A model generated the notes under the pieces. The model was not told where the DNA came from and ran no database searches. It worked only from the letters and a program-made list of their open reading frames with translations. DNA of 64,000 nt from Octopus sinensis (taxonomy: Eukaryota), in the NCBI RefSeq assembly GCF_006345805.1, contig NC_043004.1:58962001-59026000 (forward strand), given 5' to 3'. The translations under genes were made by a program, and so were the position numbers. This document shows positions 24,045-38,766 of this stretch, piece after piece (position 1 is the first letter of the stretch; the number at the start of each line of letters is the position of its first letter).

Positions 24045-25850
24045 CCTCCGGCCCTTTACAATCCGAGATCGAATCTCGCCGAGGTCAGTCTTATTTTTTA
24101 TTCTCATCGGGATCGATAAAATTGAGTGCTAGTCAAGGACTGCGATCGATGGTATCGATTACCCGACTCTTCACAAATTTTCTGGCTTTATGCCTAAATA
24201 TGAAACAATAATTATATCTCTTTCACTCTTCATGTTTTTTTTTTTAAGAAAAAACTATTATTATTACTTATTTATTACTTATTGGTATTTCGTCTGTCTT
24301 TACGTTCTGAATTCAAATTCCGCCGAGGTCAACTTTGCCTTTCATCATTTCGAAGTCGATAAATCAAGTACCAGTTGCGTACCAGTACGATCTATTCTAC
24401 TGGACACCCTCTCCCCAAAATTTCGGGCCTTGTGCTAAGAGTAGAAAAGATTATTTGTTATTATTTGCTGGTGTAAGGTGGTGAGCTTGCTGAATCGTTA
24501 GCAAGCCGGACAAAATTCTTAGAGGCATTTCGTCCGTCTTTACATTCTGAGTCCAAATGCCAGCGAAGTCGACTTTGCTTTTCCCTAAAGCCTAACAGTT
24601 TCCTTTGCTTTTATGGGGGTCGATAGAATAAGTATTGCTGGCGGACTGGGGTCCACAAGTGGTGCTTATAACATTATCGACTTACTCATCTTCTTCGAAC
24701 TTGCTCGCCTAGGGCCAAAATTTGAAACCATTATTATTGTTGTTGTTGCTGTTGTCGTCGTGAGCTGTCAGAATCGTTAGCAAGCCGGACGAAATGCTTA
24801 GCAGCACCTCGTTCGTCTTTATGTTTAGAGCTCAAATTCCATTGAAGTTGACTTTGCCTTTCATCATTTTGGGGTCGATAGAATAAGTACCTGTTGTGGA
24901 CTGAGGGTCAATATAATCGACTGACCAACCTTACACGGGCTTGCTGGGTCTATGTGCTAAAATTTGAAATGATCTGTATTATCATTATTAGTATTAAGGC
25001 GGCGAGGTGGCAGAATCGTTAGCGCGCCGGGAGAAATGCTGAGTGGGTATTTCGTCTGTCGCTAGGTTCTGAGTTCAAATTCCGCCGAGGACGACTTTGC
25101 CTTTCATCCTTTAGGGGTCGATAAATTAAGTAACAGTAAAATACCGGGGTCGCTGTAATCGACTAGTCCTCTCCCCAAGAATTTCAGACCTTGTGCCTAG
25201 AGTGGAAATGATTATTATTATTTTTGTCAAGGCGGCGAGTTGGCAGAATCGTTAGCACGCCGGGAAAAATGCTTAACGCCATTTCGTCCCTTTGAGTTCA
25301 AATTCTGCCGAGGTCGACTTTGCCTTTCATCCTTTAGGGGCCGATAAGTTAAGTACCAGTGAAACACTATGGTCGATGTGATCGACTCGGCCCTCCCGGT
25401 AAAATTTCAGGACTTGTGCCTTTAGCAGAAACGGCGAGCTGGCAGAATCGTTAGCACCCTGGACGAAATGCTTAGCTACGTTCTGAGTTCAAATTCCGCA
25501 GACGTCGACTTTGTCTTTCATCCTTTCGGGATTGATAAACTAAGTATCAGTTACGCACGGGGATCGATCTAATGGATTATCCTCCTCCCTCAGGTTTCAG
25601 GTCTTGTACCTATAGTAGAAAATTATTATTATTATTATTATTGTTGCAGTTGTTGTTAAGGTGGCAAGCCTGTAGAATCGTTAGCACGCCGGACACAATG
25701 CTTAGCAGCGTTTCGTCCGTCTTCATGTTTAGAGCACAAATTCCGCCGAGGCCGGTTTTGCCTTTCATCCTTTTGAGGTTGATACATTAAGTACTAAACT
25801 CCTTCCGCCCTTCAAAAATTGCTAGACCTGTGCCAAAATATTAAACCATT
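24045..25850 (+). mobile_element. Cluster of about 8-9 co-oriented SINE family B copies
   Basis: Repeated ggcggcgagctggcagaatcgttagcacgccgg..gagttcaaattccgccgaggtcgactttgcctttcatcctttcggggtcgat units separated by (ATT)n-like tails. Confidence 0.85.
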
Positions 25851-27179
25851 ATTATTTGCTACAGTTGTTGTCTTCTTCTTCTTCTTCTTCCAATCAGGAC
25901 TCACGCCATTAGCCATAAAGAATAATCTCTAATTCGAGCCTACTCTAAGCTAATAAGAATGCGTGTGGCAACTTGAAGATCCACCCACCACATGTGAAAG
26001 ACAGGCGGTTGCACGGGCGCGAAAGCTACGTTGTTATCCTCATTCTGTAAACGGTGGCTTTTAACGGGTGGAGAGCTGAACCATTCTGGGGTACAGAGGA
26101 TTCGCAATCTAAACTAGGGTCTGAAAGTTTACCACACCATAGTGGGTTACGCCATGGTGGTGGTGCTTTGTGACAGATGAAGGAATAAAGAGTGAGAAAA
26201 AGTTGTGATGAAAGAGTACAGAGGATTTCATGGAGCCTAGGTGTTCATGCTCAATAAACACTTACAATGCCCGGTCTGAGAATCGAAACCGCGTTCTTAC
26301 GACCGCGAGTCCGCTGCCCTAACCACTGGGCCATTCCCCTCCACTGCTGTAGTTGTTCTTGCTCTTGTTAAACAAGAACTGACCGAGCAGACTTACCAGT
26401 AAGCCAACAGTGGCCATCGCTACTTTTATACAGACATGATATATTTATGACTGCATTATTCAATATGCCCTTCTAAAATAATAATAAAGAAAAAGAAAAA
26501 CTTGAAAAAGATAAATTCAACAGCAGGTTGTGATTGGCGTTGACTTCGCTGCTATTTCTAACAAAGTGCGTCACCACGTAGAGACGCATCGGCTTCTCCT
26601 CATTGCTGATGATGATGGCGTTGGTGTATCATGATTGTGGTGGAGATAATCTTGTTGATAGTGGGGATTGAGGTGGTACCGGTGATTCTATTGCCCACGG
26701 AGGTGGTGGTGGTGGTGTTGAAGCTTATTGTTGTTGATGTTGTTGTTGTGGTTTTTGTTGTTGTTGTTGTTGTGGTGGTGGTGGTGGTGAAGGTGCTGGT
26801 TGTATTAGTAGTTGTTTTTGATATTGTTGTGGTGATGGTGGTGGGGGATCGTAGTTGTTGTTGTTGTGTGTGTGTGTGTGTCGGTGGTCGATGTTTGGTG
26901 TATAGTAAGAACAGTAGTAACAAGTGAAGGCGGCGTGTTGGCACAAACGTTAGCACGCCGGGCGAAATGCTTATTTCGTCTGCCGCTACGTTCTGAGTTC
27001 AAATTCCACCGAGGTCGACTTTGCCTTTCATCCTTTCGGGGTCGATTAAACAAGTACCAGTTACGCACTGGGGTCGATGGAATCGACTTAATCCGTTTGT
27101 CTGTCCTTGTTTGTCCTCTCTATGTGTAGCCCCTCGTGGGCAATAAAGAAATAAGAACAGTAGTAACAAGTTGTCATGC

Positions 27180-28566
27180 AACACAAACCCCCTTCACAGA
27201 TACGCATACATATACAGGTACTAACGAACACACACACACACGCGCGCACGCATGCACAAAGGGAAGTATACACACGCTCGCACTCACGTTGGGACACGCA
27301 GTTACATGCTCGCACATACACAGCACGTTGACTCACGCACTCAAAGACACACACACCTACGAGCACACACAAAGAATCACTCACGCACTCATACAAAAGC
27401 AGGCATGAAAAGAGAGGTACGCACACATATACATGTTAAGAGGAGAACACATACACACACTAAGACAAGAAGGCACACACATAAAAGCACACGCATGCAC
27501 GCTAATACATATACGGTCACAGCGGTAAATGCACTCAGTCACGCACATATACACAGAGGCGAAGCGAAAAAGGCACAAAGGTACACTCAGAGGCACAATG
27601 ATAGAGGCTTACACACACACACACACTACACACATACACACTTAGAGAAATAGCAATAGAGATCTACACACACGCACGCACACATACACACACACAGAGG
27701 CAGAGCGATAGAAGCGCACACAAAGTAACAGTGATAAAGGCACAACACACACACACATACACGCGCACGTACACACACTTACACACACAAAGACGTAAAG
27801 CGGTAGAGGCATACACAGAGTCACAATGATAGAGACACACACACACATACTCACACACACACGTACACACATTTACACACACACACACACACATAAAGGT
27901 AGAGCGATAGAGACACACACAAAGTCACAGTGATTCGGCACACACGCACAGAACCAGTGATAGAGGCACACACAGGAATTGCGAAAGAAGCACATACACA
28001 CAATCATAATGATAGCTGCACACACACAGGCACAGTGATAGCGGCACACACACACACAGGCACAGTGATAGCGGCACACACACACACAGGCACAGTGATA
28101 GCGGCACACACACACACAGGCACAGTGATAGCGGACAACACACCACACAGGCACAGTGATAGCGGCACACACACACACAGGCACAGTGATAGCGGCACAC
28201 ACAACACAAGGCACAGTGATAGCGGCACACACAAGATCCACAGCGATTAAGGCAATGTCACATAGACATATGCATACAATTACGCGCACACACACACACA
28301 CACAAATGCACATACACAGACCCCCCCACACACAAAACACATACACAGACCCACGCACACACACATATACACACACATTCACACACATGCTCACACATAC
28401 GCGCACGGACACACAGACATAAACATACGCAAGCACGCGCGCACACACAAACTCACACACACACACGCACAGTGATAGAGGCACACACACTCAGGCACAG
28501 TGATAGAGGCACGCAAGCGATTAAGGCATTCACAGATAGACATAGGCATACAATTATGCACACACT

Positions 28567-28598
<32 letters not shown>

Positions 28599-28870
28599 GG
28601 CACATACACAGACCCACACACACACGCACCACACACACACACACAAAGTCACATACACAGACCCACGTACACACACATATACACACACATTCACACACAT
28701 GCTCACACACACGCACATGGACACACGGACATAAACATATGGACACACATGCACACACAACAAACAGACATAAACACACACACGCACGCGCGCACACACA
28801 GACGCTCACACACGCACAATGACAGAGGCACACACACACAGGCACAGTGATAGAGGCACACACACACAGA
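27180..28870. repeat. CA-rich composite satellite with ~30-bp ggcacagtgatagcggcacacaca units and a ~270-350-bp tandem duplication
   Basis: Units at about 28020-28230. Block starting ttaaggca at about 28250 is repeated at about 28520. Confidence 0.8.
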
Positions 28871-29217
28871 TGATCAATCCTGAATTCAGTGATCCAACTC
28901 AATCCGAAATTACTTCTTAAAGAATCTTACTAACCCAACGCTCACACGTACTACAACATCACTAACCACTGATAGGTACCTCAGGGTACACTAGGTACAT
29001 CAATGTACACTAAAGGACATCAATATTCAATGAGCGCCAATTTGTCATTCAGTTAGTGACGGAGGACCATAGTGATAATATTGGGTAACTTTTAAACTGC
29101 GTATTATGGTCATCAACTCACGGGCGCACACAAGCACGACTGCACGCATATATGCAAATATGCACATAAAGGAATACTCATATATATATATAATATATAA
29201 ATATATTCATATATATG

Positions 29218-29270
<53 letters not shown>

Positions 29271-29478
29271 CTCTTTACTCTTTTACTCTTTTACTTGTTT
29301 CAGTCATTTGACTGCGGCCATGCTGGAGCACCGCCTTTAGTCAAGCAAATCGACCCCAGGATTTATTCTTTGTAAGCAGAGTACTTGATTGCTGTCGGTC
29401 ACTATTGCCGAACCGCTAAGTTACGGGGGGCGTAAAAACACCGGCATCGGTTGTCAAGCGATGTTGGGAGGGACAAAA

Positions 29479-29530
<52 letters not shown>

Positions 29531-29792
29531 ACACACATACACACACACACAACACACACACACACACAACACACACACATACACACACCACACACACACG
29601 AACACACACACATACATATACATATATACGACGGGCTTTTTTCAGTTTCCGCCTACCAAATCCACTCACAAGGCTTTGGTCGGCCCGAGGCTATAGTAGA
29701 AAACACTTGCCCAAGGTGCCACGCTGTGGTACTGAACCCGGAACCATGTGGTTGGTAAGCAAGCTACTTACCACACAGCCACTCCTGTGCAT

Positions 29793-29831
<39 letters not shown>

Positions 29832-30491
29832 CGAATATATATATATATATATATATAAGTATATACGCATATATATATATATACACGGCCTATATGTCAC
29901 CACGCACGTAAAATATATTTGTCTATCTATCTATGTATCTCTCTCTCTCTCCTCTCTCTCTCTCTATCTATCTACCTATCTAACTGTTTATACGTTGGCC
30001 TATCTCTGACTCTGAATGCGTTTTATTTTCGCGTGTGTGTGCATGTGTGCGCATGCACTTCATTAGTTTTATTAGTATTAAATTGTGTATGAACAAGGGT
30101 GCATGTGCACAATCACCCAATCGCGCACGCACATGTCCTCAGCAGCATTCTCATGCGGACACACATACACGAGCACTCACGCACTCGCATGCAAGCTTAC
30201 GCGCACATATGCAGAATCATCCGCACGTATGCATAATTTCGATACCCGTGCTGTCATACATACGTACATACACACATACATACATACATACATATATATA
30301 CACACCTGTGAATTTGTATTCTAACCGGTTTTATACACATACGCACACACACACACACATACATATGTATATACATGTGTGTGTGTATATATATATAAAA
30401 ATATATGGTTCTAAGGTATAGATACAGGTGGTGGTCAAACTCTGCATAAGGAGTAGACAACCACCATATATGTGTGTGTGTGTGTATGTAC

Positions 30492-30518
<27 letters not shown>

Positions 30519-30528
<10 letters not shown>

Positions 30529-31124
30529 TGGTAAAGTAAAAAAATTCACTTTACCGCACACCGAACTTTTCAGAAATAGCAGCCAAAAATTTGGCTGTTT
30601 CTTCAACTGCAAGTAAAAGTCTCCAGACAATGCATACTCAGAAAATAACTCACATAGGTATAAGGGAAAAACAATGAAAGATCACATCCATATAAGATAC
30701 CCGATAACAGCCTGTTTCTGGATTCGTGGGTTAAACGCCACTTTTCCTTCATCAGCTCAGAGATTTCTTCTGATTTGGATTTGAAAATACTAAGAACCAA
30801 ACATAGCCATCCGATATCTGTAACATCGGACAAACTATGCTGGACACCCAGTACTAGCGAATCCAAAAATACAAATGAGATCTATTATTCTCCCTGTCCA
30901 CCCACGTGAGTCATAGAGTAGTGCGTTTCTACAGAGGCAAAAACTGCAGTTCAAATTCTTGGAGAGAAAGCATTATATTGTCAGTAAAAAAGGGTAGAAT
31001 CAATTCGACCAAGCAGTATTCGGTATGTAAAAGGACCATTTACGGTATATTTGAAGTATTAATTTATAAAAATATGGTAAAGTAAAAAAATTCACTTTAC
31101 CGCACACCGAACTTTTCAGAAATA
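30519..31124 (-). mobile_element. Non-coding ~550-bp unit with an exact 60-bp terminal direct repeat, carrying a hammerhead motif
   Basis: 30519-30578 equals 31065-31124 (period 546). Abuts (TA)n. Homologous to 63290-64000. Confidence 0.6.
30701..30760 (-). ncRNA. Type I hammerhead motif with extended helix II
   Basis: CUGAG CUGAUGA A GGA aaa GUGG cguuuaac CCAC gaa UCC A GAA ACAG G CUGU U AUCGG. Confidence 0.65.
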
Positions 31125-31261
31125 ATACACATACAACACAACTCACACGCAGGCATCCCCCCACACGTGTGTGTATGTATATGCGGGCATGTATATATAT
31201 ATATATATATATACACATACATACAATAACATTTCATATATATGTATACCTCTCTCTCTAA

Positions 31262-31318
<57 letters not shown>

Positions 31319-31389
31319 ATCTATCTATCTATCTATCTATCTGTATGTATGTATATATGTATGTATGATGTATATATATATTATATATA

Positions 31390-31451
<62 letters not shown>

Positions 31452-31809
31452 GTATATTTATGTATATTCTTTTAATCTTATACGTCACGTTAGTTACATA
31501 GACGCATAAATGTGTGCGTATGAAAGTAGTTTCTCTCTTGCGCTATGCGTGTGTATGTGTGTGTGTGTAAGTGTGCGTGCATGTGCCTGCGCGTGTGTGT
31601 GCGTGTGTGCGTGTGAGCATGAAACGGGAGGTGAGTTGCTGTGCGTGGGGAAGCTGGTCCTCTTTTAGAACTAGTTTGCACCACTTTCACAAATGCGTCC
31701 AAGTAGCAACAACGAGTGCAAGTCTCCCGTTAGTAACGACCCAGCAACAACAAGATTGACAGCAGCACTTAAAGTCCAAGCTTGGTAGTTACATAGCAAC
31801 AATATTGGT

Positions 31810-32008
31810 GATTAACAACAACAACAGCAACAACAGCAACAACAACAACAACAACAGCAACAACAACAACAACAACAACAGCAGCAGCAGCAACAACAAC
31901 AACAACAACAGCAGCAGCAGCAGTGATGGCACCACTTGATCCGAGTTAGTTGTTGCTCAGTAAGATTATCACTATCATCAACACCGCCACCAAAATCACC
32001 AGCACCAT

Positions 32009-32039
<31 letters not shown>

Positions 32040-32720
32040 AGCACCACCACACAACTACCACCACTACCACCGCCATCGCCACCATAACCATCACCACCAC
32101 CACCACCACCACCATCAATATCAACGACATTACCACCATCACCACCACCACCATCACCACCACCACCACCACCACCACCATCAATATCGACGACATTACC
32201 ACCATCGCCACCACAACCATCACCACCACCACCACCATCAATACCAACAGGATTACCACTGCCACCGCCACCACCATCACCGTCGCCATCACATGTCCCA
32301 CCTAACACCACCACCATCACCACCACCACCATAACCTCCGCATCCACCACCATCATCACAAGAATCTTCAACACCACCAACACCACCACCACCACCACCA
32401 CCATCACCAACAACAACACAGCGACCACCCCCACCAAACCCCCACCCACCGCTGCACTACTACCAGCGCCACCGCCATCATACCTCCATCACCACCATCA
32501 TCACCGCCACCACGAACACAAACACCCGTATCTCCTCCACGCCGCCACAACCACAATCACCCATACGTCCATCAGAATCACCACCGCCACCACCGTCAGC
32601 AACACCACCACCACCATCATCACTAGCTCCACCGCCACCATTACACACACCGTAACCACTATAAACTTCACCACAAACCCACGTGCCTCCACAACCACCG
32701 CGACCACCACTACCTATTTC
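31810..32720. repeat. Mosaic trinucleotide tract (CAA/CAG/CAT/CAC)n
   Basis: Direct reading; generates spurious poly-C/G/H/V ORFs. Confidence 0.85.
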
Positions 32721-33320
32721 TTTACTACCCACAAGGGGCTAAACATAGAGATGACAAACAAGGACAAACGGATTAAGTCGATTATATCGACCCCAGTGCG
32801 TAACTGGTACTTAATTTATCGACCCCGAAAGGATGAAAGGCAAAGTCGACCCCGGCGGGATTTGAACTCACAACGTAACGGCAGACGAAATACCGCTAAG
32901 CATTTCGCCCACCGTCCTAACGATTCTGCCAGCTCGCGCCACTACCATCAACACAACCACCACCACCACCGCAGCCATCACGACAATCACAACCCTAACC
33001 CCCAACAATCCCCCTTTTCCCCTATAGACAACCTTAGCCATGGTCATCCAGCTGTTTTATTTACTTATATATAAATGTTATTTGTATTTTTTTCCGTTCT
33101 CTCTCATTTTCTCTTCTCCGCCTCTCTCTCTCTCTTTTTCTTTTAGACACTCTCTCTTCCTCCCTGTATCTCTCCTTCGTTTTCTCACTCTTTCTCTCCA
33201 TCGTCCCCTTTCTCAATTTACTCCCTTAAAACACGCCGTCTTTATTTTAGGCCACGTTTTCGTTACTAACGGGTCATCAACCACTCATCACTTCTTGCTT
33301 TGTTTCTTTCTTTCTTTCAT

Positions 33321-33354
<34 letters not shown>

Positions 33355-33645
33355 TTTCATTCTCCCTCTTTCTTTCTTTCTTTTTTCTTTCTTTCTCCAT
33401 TTCTTTCTTTTCTTTCTTCCTTTCATTCTCCCTTTCTTTCTTCTTCTTTCTTTCCTTCAGTTACACCCACACACACACACACACACATTGTCATTTCCTC
33501 CCAGTTATCTTCCAAGCAGTGTTGATGTTTCTTATAACATGTAACAGAGAGCGATTGGAGCTTTGTAGATATTATGGTTGTTTTATTTATTGTTGTACTG
33601 TTGTTGTTGCTCCTATTTGAGAACAACACTCATCATATATATATA

Positions 33646-33681
<36 letters not shown>

Positions 33682-33686
33682 ATTAT

Positions 33687-33730
<44 letters not shown>

Positions 33731-34578
33731 GTACTGTTTCAGTTATTTGACTGCGGCTATGCTGAGCATTTTTAGTCGAGCAAATCGACTCTGGACTTAT
33801 TCTTTGTAAGCCTAATGTGTATATATATATATATATATTATATTATATATATATATATATATTAAGGTATGTAGAAAAATACAACATGGACAAGAACGTA
33901 TAACTCTTTAGAAGACGATACAATAAACTGGCAGGACACATTCGAACCCTCAGTCTTCAGTCAAGACCGGATCATCAGTAGTAATTTATATATATATATA
34001 TACATAAATACATGCACGTACACACACACACATATATATATATATTCATACATAGATATATATTTATACCTATATATGTATATATATATATATATACGTG
34101 TATGCATATACATACATACCTATATATATGTATATATGTATATATATATACATATATATATACGCGTATCTATAAATATGTACAGTGACATGTATACGCG
34201 CACGCACAGGTACAGACACACACACACACAGACACACACACACACATGCGTGTTCGTATGAATTTTTAACTCCACTGTGAATGTTAAGCATGCAAATCTG
34301 CATACTTAATGGCGAAGGGTTCATTTCTAGCCACGAGAGTCCACGATCCAGCTTCTACCTGTAGTTGGAACCCTTATCACAGCAATAATAACTGTTGAAA
34401 GGGGGCTATCTCTTACTATTGGAACCAGACAGTTCCTCTTCCCCTCTCTCTCTTTCTGTCTCCCTCTTTCTATCTCTGTATAAACGAACACATACACACG
34501 TGCATACATACACACGTGCATACATACACACATGCATACATACACACGTGCATACATACACACATACATATACAGCTA

Positions 34579-34616
<38 letters not shown>

Positions 34617-34722
34617 ATATATTATATATATATATATACTATATATATAATATATCCATAGAGATAGAGAGAGAGAGATAAATGGATAGATAGATAGATA
34701 GATAGATAGGTATAAACAAACG

Positions 34723-34763
<41 letters not shown>

Positions 34764-34848
34764 TATCTATATATATATATATATATATTTATTGTCTATA
34801 CGATTTAACAGAGCAAAGTTAACAATGGCTAGCTACTAGATACATTAA

Positions 34849-34882
<34 letters not shown>

Positions 34883-35363
34883 GATGATGATGAGGAGGAG
34901 GCGGAAGAGGATGAGGATGAGGAGGATGAGGGTGAGGAGGATGAGGGTGAGGATGAGAGTTGGTAATAAAGGAGATGATGCATATTTTCACACGCGCACG
35001 CGCGTTTGCTAGAAGTGGTGTGCCTCACGCAAATTCACACGCACATGCGCAAACACACAGACACAAACGCACGCAGGCATCCATCTACATACATCCACAC
35101 ACCCTATCCACACACCTTATCCCAGTTTCTTTCATCCTGCCTTTATTATAATCTCCTTTATATCATTTTCCTTTCCTCTCAGCCCCCATTAAAACGTCAT
35201 CGTTTCCCAAATTCCTTTCTCTTTATTTCTCGTCTCTTTCTCATTAAAAAAAAATTAATCTTTTACTTGTTTCACTCATTAGACCGCGGCAATGCTTGGG
35301 GACAACATTGAAGGGTTTACTCAAACAAATCTACCTCGGTACTCTTTTTTTTTTGGGGGGGGG

Positions 35364-37280
35364 GATCTGGTACTACTTTTCTCTATGATCTGGTACTTTT
35401 TTCTTTTCGATCTGGTACTTCTTTTCTCTATGATCTGGTACTTTTTTCTTTTCGATCTGGTACTTCTTTTCTCTAGGATCTGATACTTTTTCTTTTCGAT
35501 CTGGTACTTCTTTTCTCTATGATCTGGTACTTTTTTCTTTTCGATCTGGTACTTCTTTTCTCTATGATCTGTTACTTTTTTCTTTTCGATCTGGTACTTC
35601 GTTTATCTATGATCTGGTACTTTTTCTTTTCGATCTGGTACTTCTTTTCTCTATGATCTGGTACTTTTTTCTTTTCGATCTGGTACTTCTTTTCTCTATG
35701 ATCTGCTACTTTTTTCTTTTTGATCTGGTACTTCTTTTCTCTATGATCTGGTACATTTTTCTTTTTGATCTGGTACTTCTTTTCTCTATGATCTGGTACT
35801 TTTTCTTTTTGATCTGGTACTTCTTTTCTCTATGATCTGGTACTTTTTTCTTTGTCATCTGGTACTTCTTTTCTCTATGATCTGGTACATTTTTCTTTTT
35901 GATCTGGTACTTCTTTTCTCTATGATCTGGTACATTTTTCTTTTCGATCTGGTACTTCTTTTCTCTATGATCTGTTACTTTTTTCTTTTCGATCTGGTAC
36001 TTCTTTTCTCTATGATCTGTACTTTTTTCTTTTCGATCTGGTACTTCTTTTCTCTATGATCTGGTACATTTTTCTTTTTGATCTGGTACTTCTTTTCTCT
36101 ATGATCTGGTACTTTTTTCTTTTGATCTGGTACTTCTTTTCTCTATGATCTGGTACTTTTTTCTTTTTCATCTGGTACTTCTTTTCTCTATGATCTGGTA
36201 CATTTTTCTTTTTGATCTGGTACTTCTTTTCTCTATGATCTGGTACTTTTTTCTTTTCGATCTGGTACTTCTTTTCTGTATGGTCTGGTACATTTTTCTC
36301 TTTGATCTGGTACTTCTTTTCTCTATAATCTGGTACTTTTTTCTTTTCGATCTGGTACTTCTTTTCTCTATGATCTGGTACTTTATTCTTTTCGATCTGG
36401 TACTTCTTTTCTCTATGATCTGTTACTTTTTTCTTTTTGATCTAGTACTTCTTTTCTCTATGACCTGGTACTTTTTTCTTTTGATCTGGTACTTCTTTTC
36501 TCTATGATCTGGTACATTTTTCTTTTTGATCTGGTACTTCTTTTCTCTATGATCTGGTACTTCTTTCTTTTCGATCTGGTACTTCTTTTCTCTATGATCT
36601 GGTACATTTTTCTTTTTGATCTGGTACTTCTTTTCTCTATGATCTGTTACTTTTTTCTTTTCGATCTGGTACTTCTTTTTCTCTATGATCTGGTAATTTG
36701 TTCTTTTTGATCTGTTACTTCTTTTCTCTATGATCTGGTACTCTTTTCTTTTCGATCTGGTACTTCTTTTCTCTATAATCTGATACTTTTTCTTTTTGAT
36801 TTGGTACTTCTTTTCTCTATGATCTGATAGTTTTTCTTTTCGATCTTGTACTTCTTTTCTCTATGATCTGGTACTTTTTTCTTTTCGATCTGGTACTTCT
36901 TTTCTCTATGATCTGGTACTTTTTTTCTTTTCGATCTGGTACTTCTTTTCTCTATGATCGGGTACTTTTTTCTTTTTGATCTGGTACTTCTTTTCTCTAT
37001 GATCTGGTACTTTTTTCTTTTCGATCTGGTACTTCTTTTCTCTATAATCTGACACTTTTTCTTCTTGATTTGGTAGTTCTTTTCTCTATGATCTGATACT
37101 TTTTCTTTTCGATCTGGTACTTTTTTCTTTTCGATCTGGTACTTCTTTTCTCTATGATCTGTTACTTTATTCTTTTCGATCTGGTACTTTTTTTCTCTAT
37201 GATCTGGTACTTTTTTCTTTTCGATCTGGTACTTCTTTTCTCTATGATCTGGTACTTTTTCCTTTCTGATCTGGTATTTC
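35364..37280. repeat. 45-bp minisatellite (22+23-bp dimer of gatctggtac cores), about 42 units
   Basis: Unit gatctggtacttttttcttttc + gatctggtacttcttttctctat, read directly. Confidence 0.95.
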
Positions 37281-38134
37281 TTATTTATCGGTCTTGTTGT
37301 GCACCTGAACATTGTATACAATAATTTCATTATTGTTTATTTATAAATGAATTTTATTAACAACCTAACGGATGAATTAGGTCTTAACTTTTATTCTATA
37401 TAGAAACTTTAAGTTGCAAGGATGTAAGCAAACCAACACCGGTTGTCAAGTGGCGGCGAGAGACACAAATACTCTCTCTCTCCCTCCCTCACACACAAAC
37501 CCACACGTGCAGCCACAAACCCTTTCTCTCTTTCAAACACATATACATACACACATGCAAACTCTCTCTTTCACACACATACACATAAACATACACATAC
37601 ACATAAACACACACAAACCCTCTCACTCTCTCTCATACACACATGAACTCTCCCACACACAAACTCACACACACACACACACAAACCCTTTTTCTCTCTC
37701 TCACACATACACACACATACACATACAAACTCTCTCTTTCACACATACACACAAAACACCTCTCTCTCTCTCTCAAGCACATACAAACTCTCTGTCCTTC
37801 ACACACACATACACATACATATACAAACACACGCACAAACCTTCTCAATCTCTCACACACAAACTCTCTCACTCTCCCTCACACATTTACACAAATACAC
37901 ACACACACAAACTCTTCCTCTCACAAAGAAACTCATACACACACGAACACACACGTCTGGTTTCTTTCAGTCTCCGTCTACGAAATCCACTCACAAAGTT
38001 TTGGTCGGTGCCGGCTTCTGGTAAATGATGCTTACCGAAGCTGCAACGCTGTGGAACTGAACCCAGAACCATGTGACTGGAAAGCAAACGTCTTACCAGA
38101 AAGCCACATATATATATATGCACACACAACGTTA

Positions 38135-38393
38135 GGTATGTATGTATGTATGTATGTATGTATGTATGTATGTATGTATGCATGTATGTATGTATGTATG
38201 TATGTATGCATGCATGTATGTATGTATGTATGTATGCATATAAGTTTGTATGTATGTATGTATGTATGTATATATGTATGCATGTATGTATGCATGTATG
38301 TATGTATGTATGTATGCATATATGTATGTATGTATAATGCATGCATGTATATATGTATGTATATATATATATGTATGTATGTATACATGTATG

Positions 38394-38425
<32 letters not shown>

Positions 38426-38664
38426 CATGTATGTATGCATGAATGTAAGTGTGTATGTATGTATGTATGTATGTATGCATGGATGCTTGTATGTATATAT
38501 GTATATGCATATATGAATGCATGTATGCATATATGTATGTTTATGCATATATGAATGCATGTATGCATATATGTATGTATGTATATATGTATATGCATAT
38601 ATGAATGCATGTATGTATATATGTATGTATGTATGTATGTATGCATCTATCTATCTCTAGCTAA

Positions 38665-38699
<35 letters not shown>

Positions 38700-38709
38700 T
38701 CCATCTATC

Positions 38710-38766
<57 letters not shown>

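Noticed and set aside
26397-26472. 76-nt minus-strand pseudo-exon with strong acceptor and CTG|gtaagt donor
   Set aside because: It is derived from repeat family H, and entering in phase 1 (as the neighbouring exons require) gives an immediate stop. At most a cryptic exon.
31812-32732. Gly/Val-rich minus ORFs resembling the Gly/Ser part of the real exon
   Set aside because: Pure trinucleotide mosaic, with no bounding splice sites identified.
35292-37330. Repetitive ORFs (MIWYFFLFDLVLLFS)n and (KKYQIEKKKVPDHRE)n; array superficially CRISPR-like
   Set aside because: These result from a 45-bp (3n) tandem unit. There are no unique spacers and no cas genes, and the context is eukaryotic.
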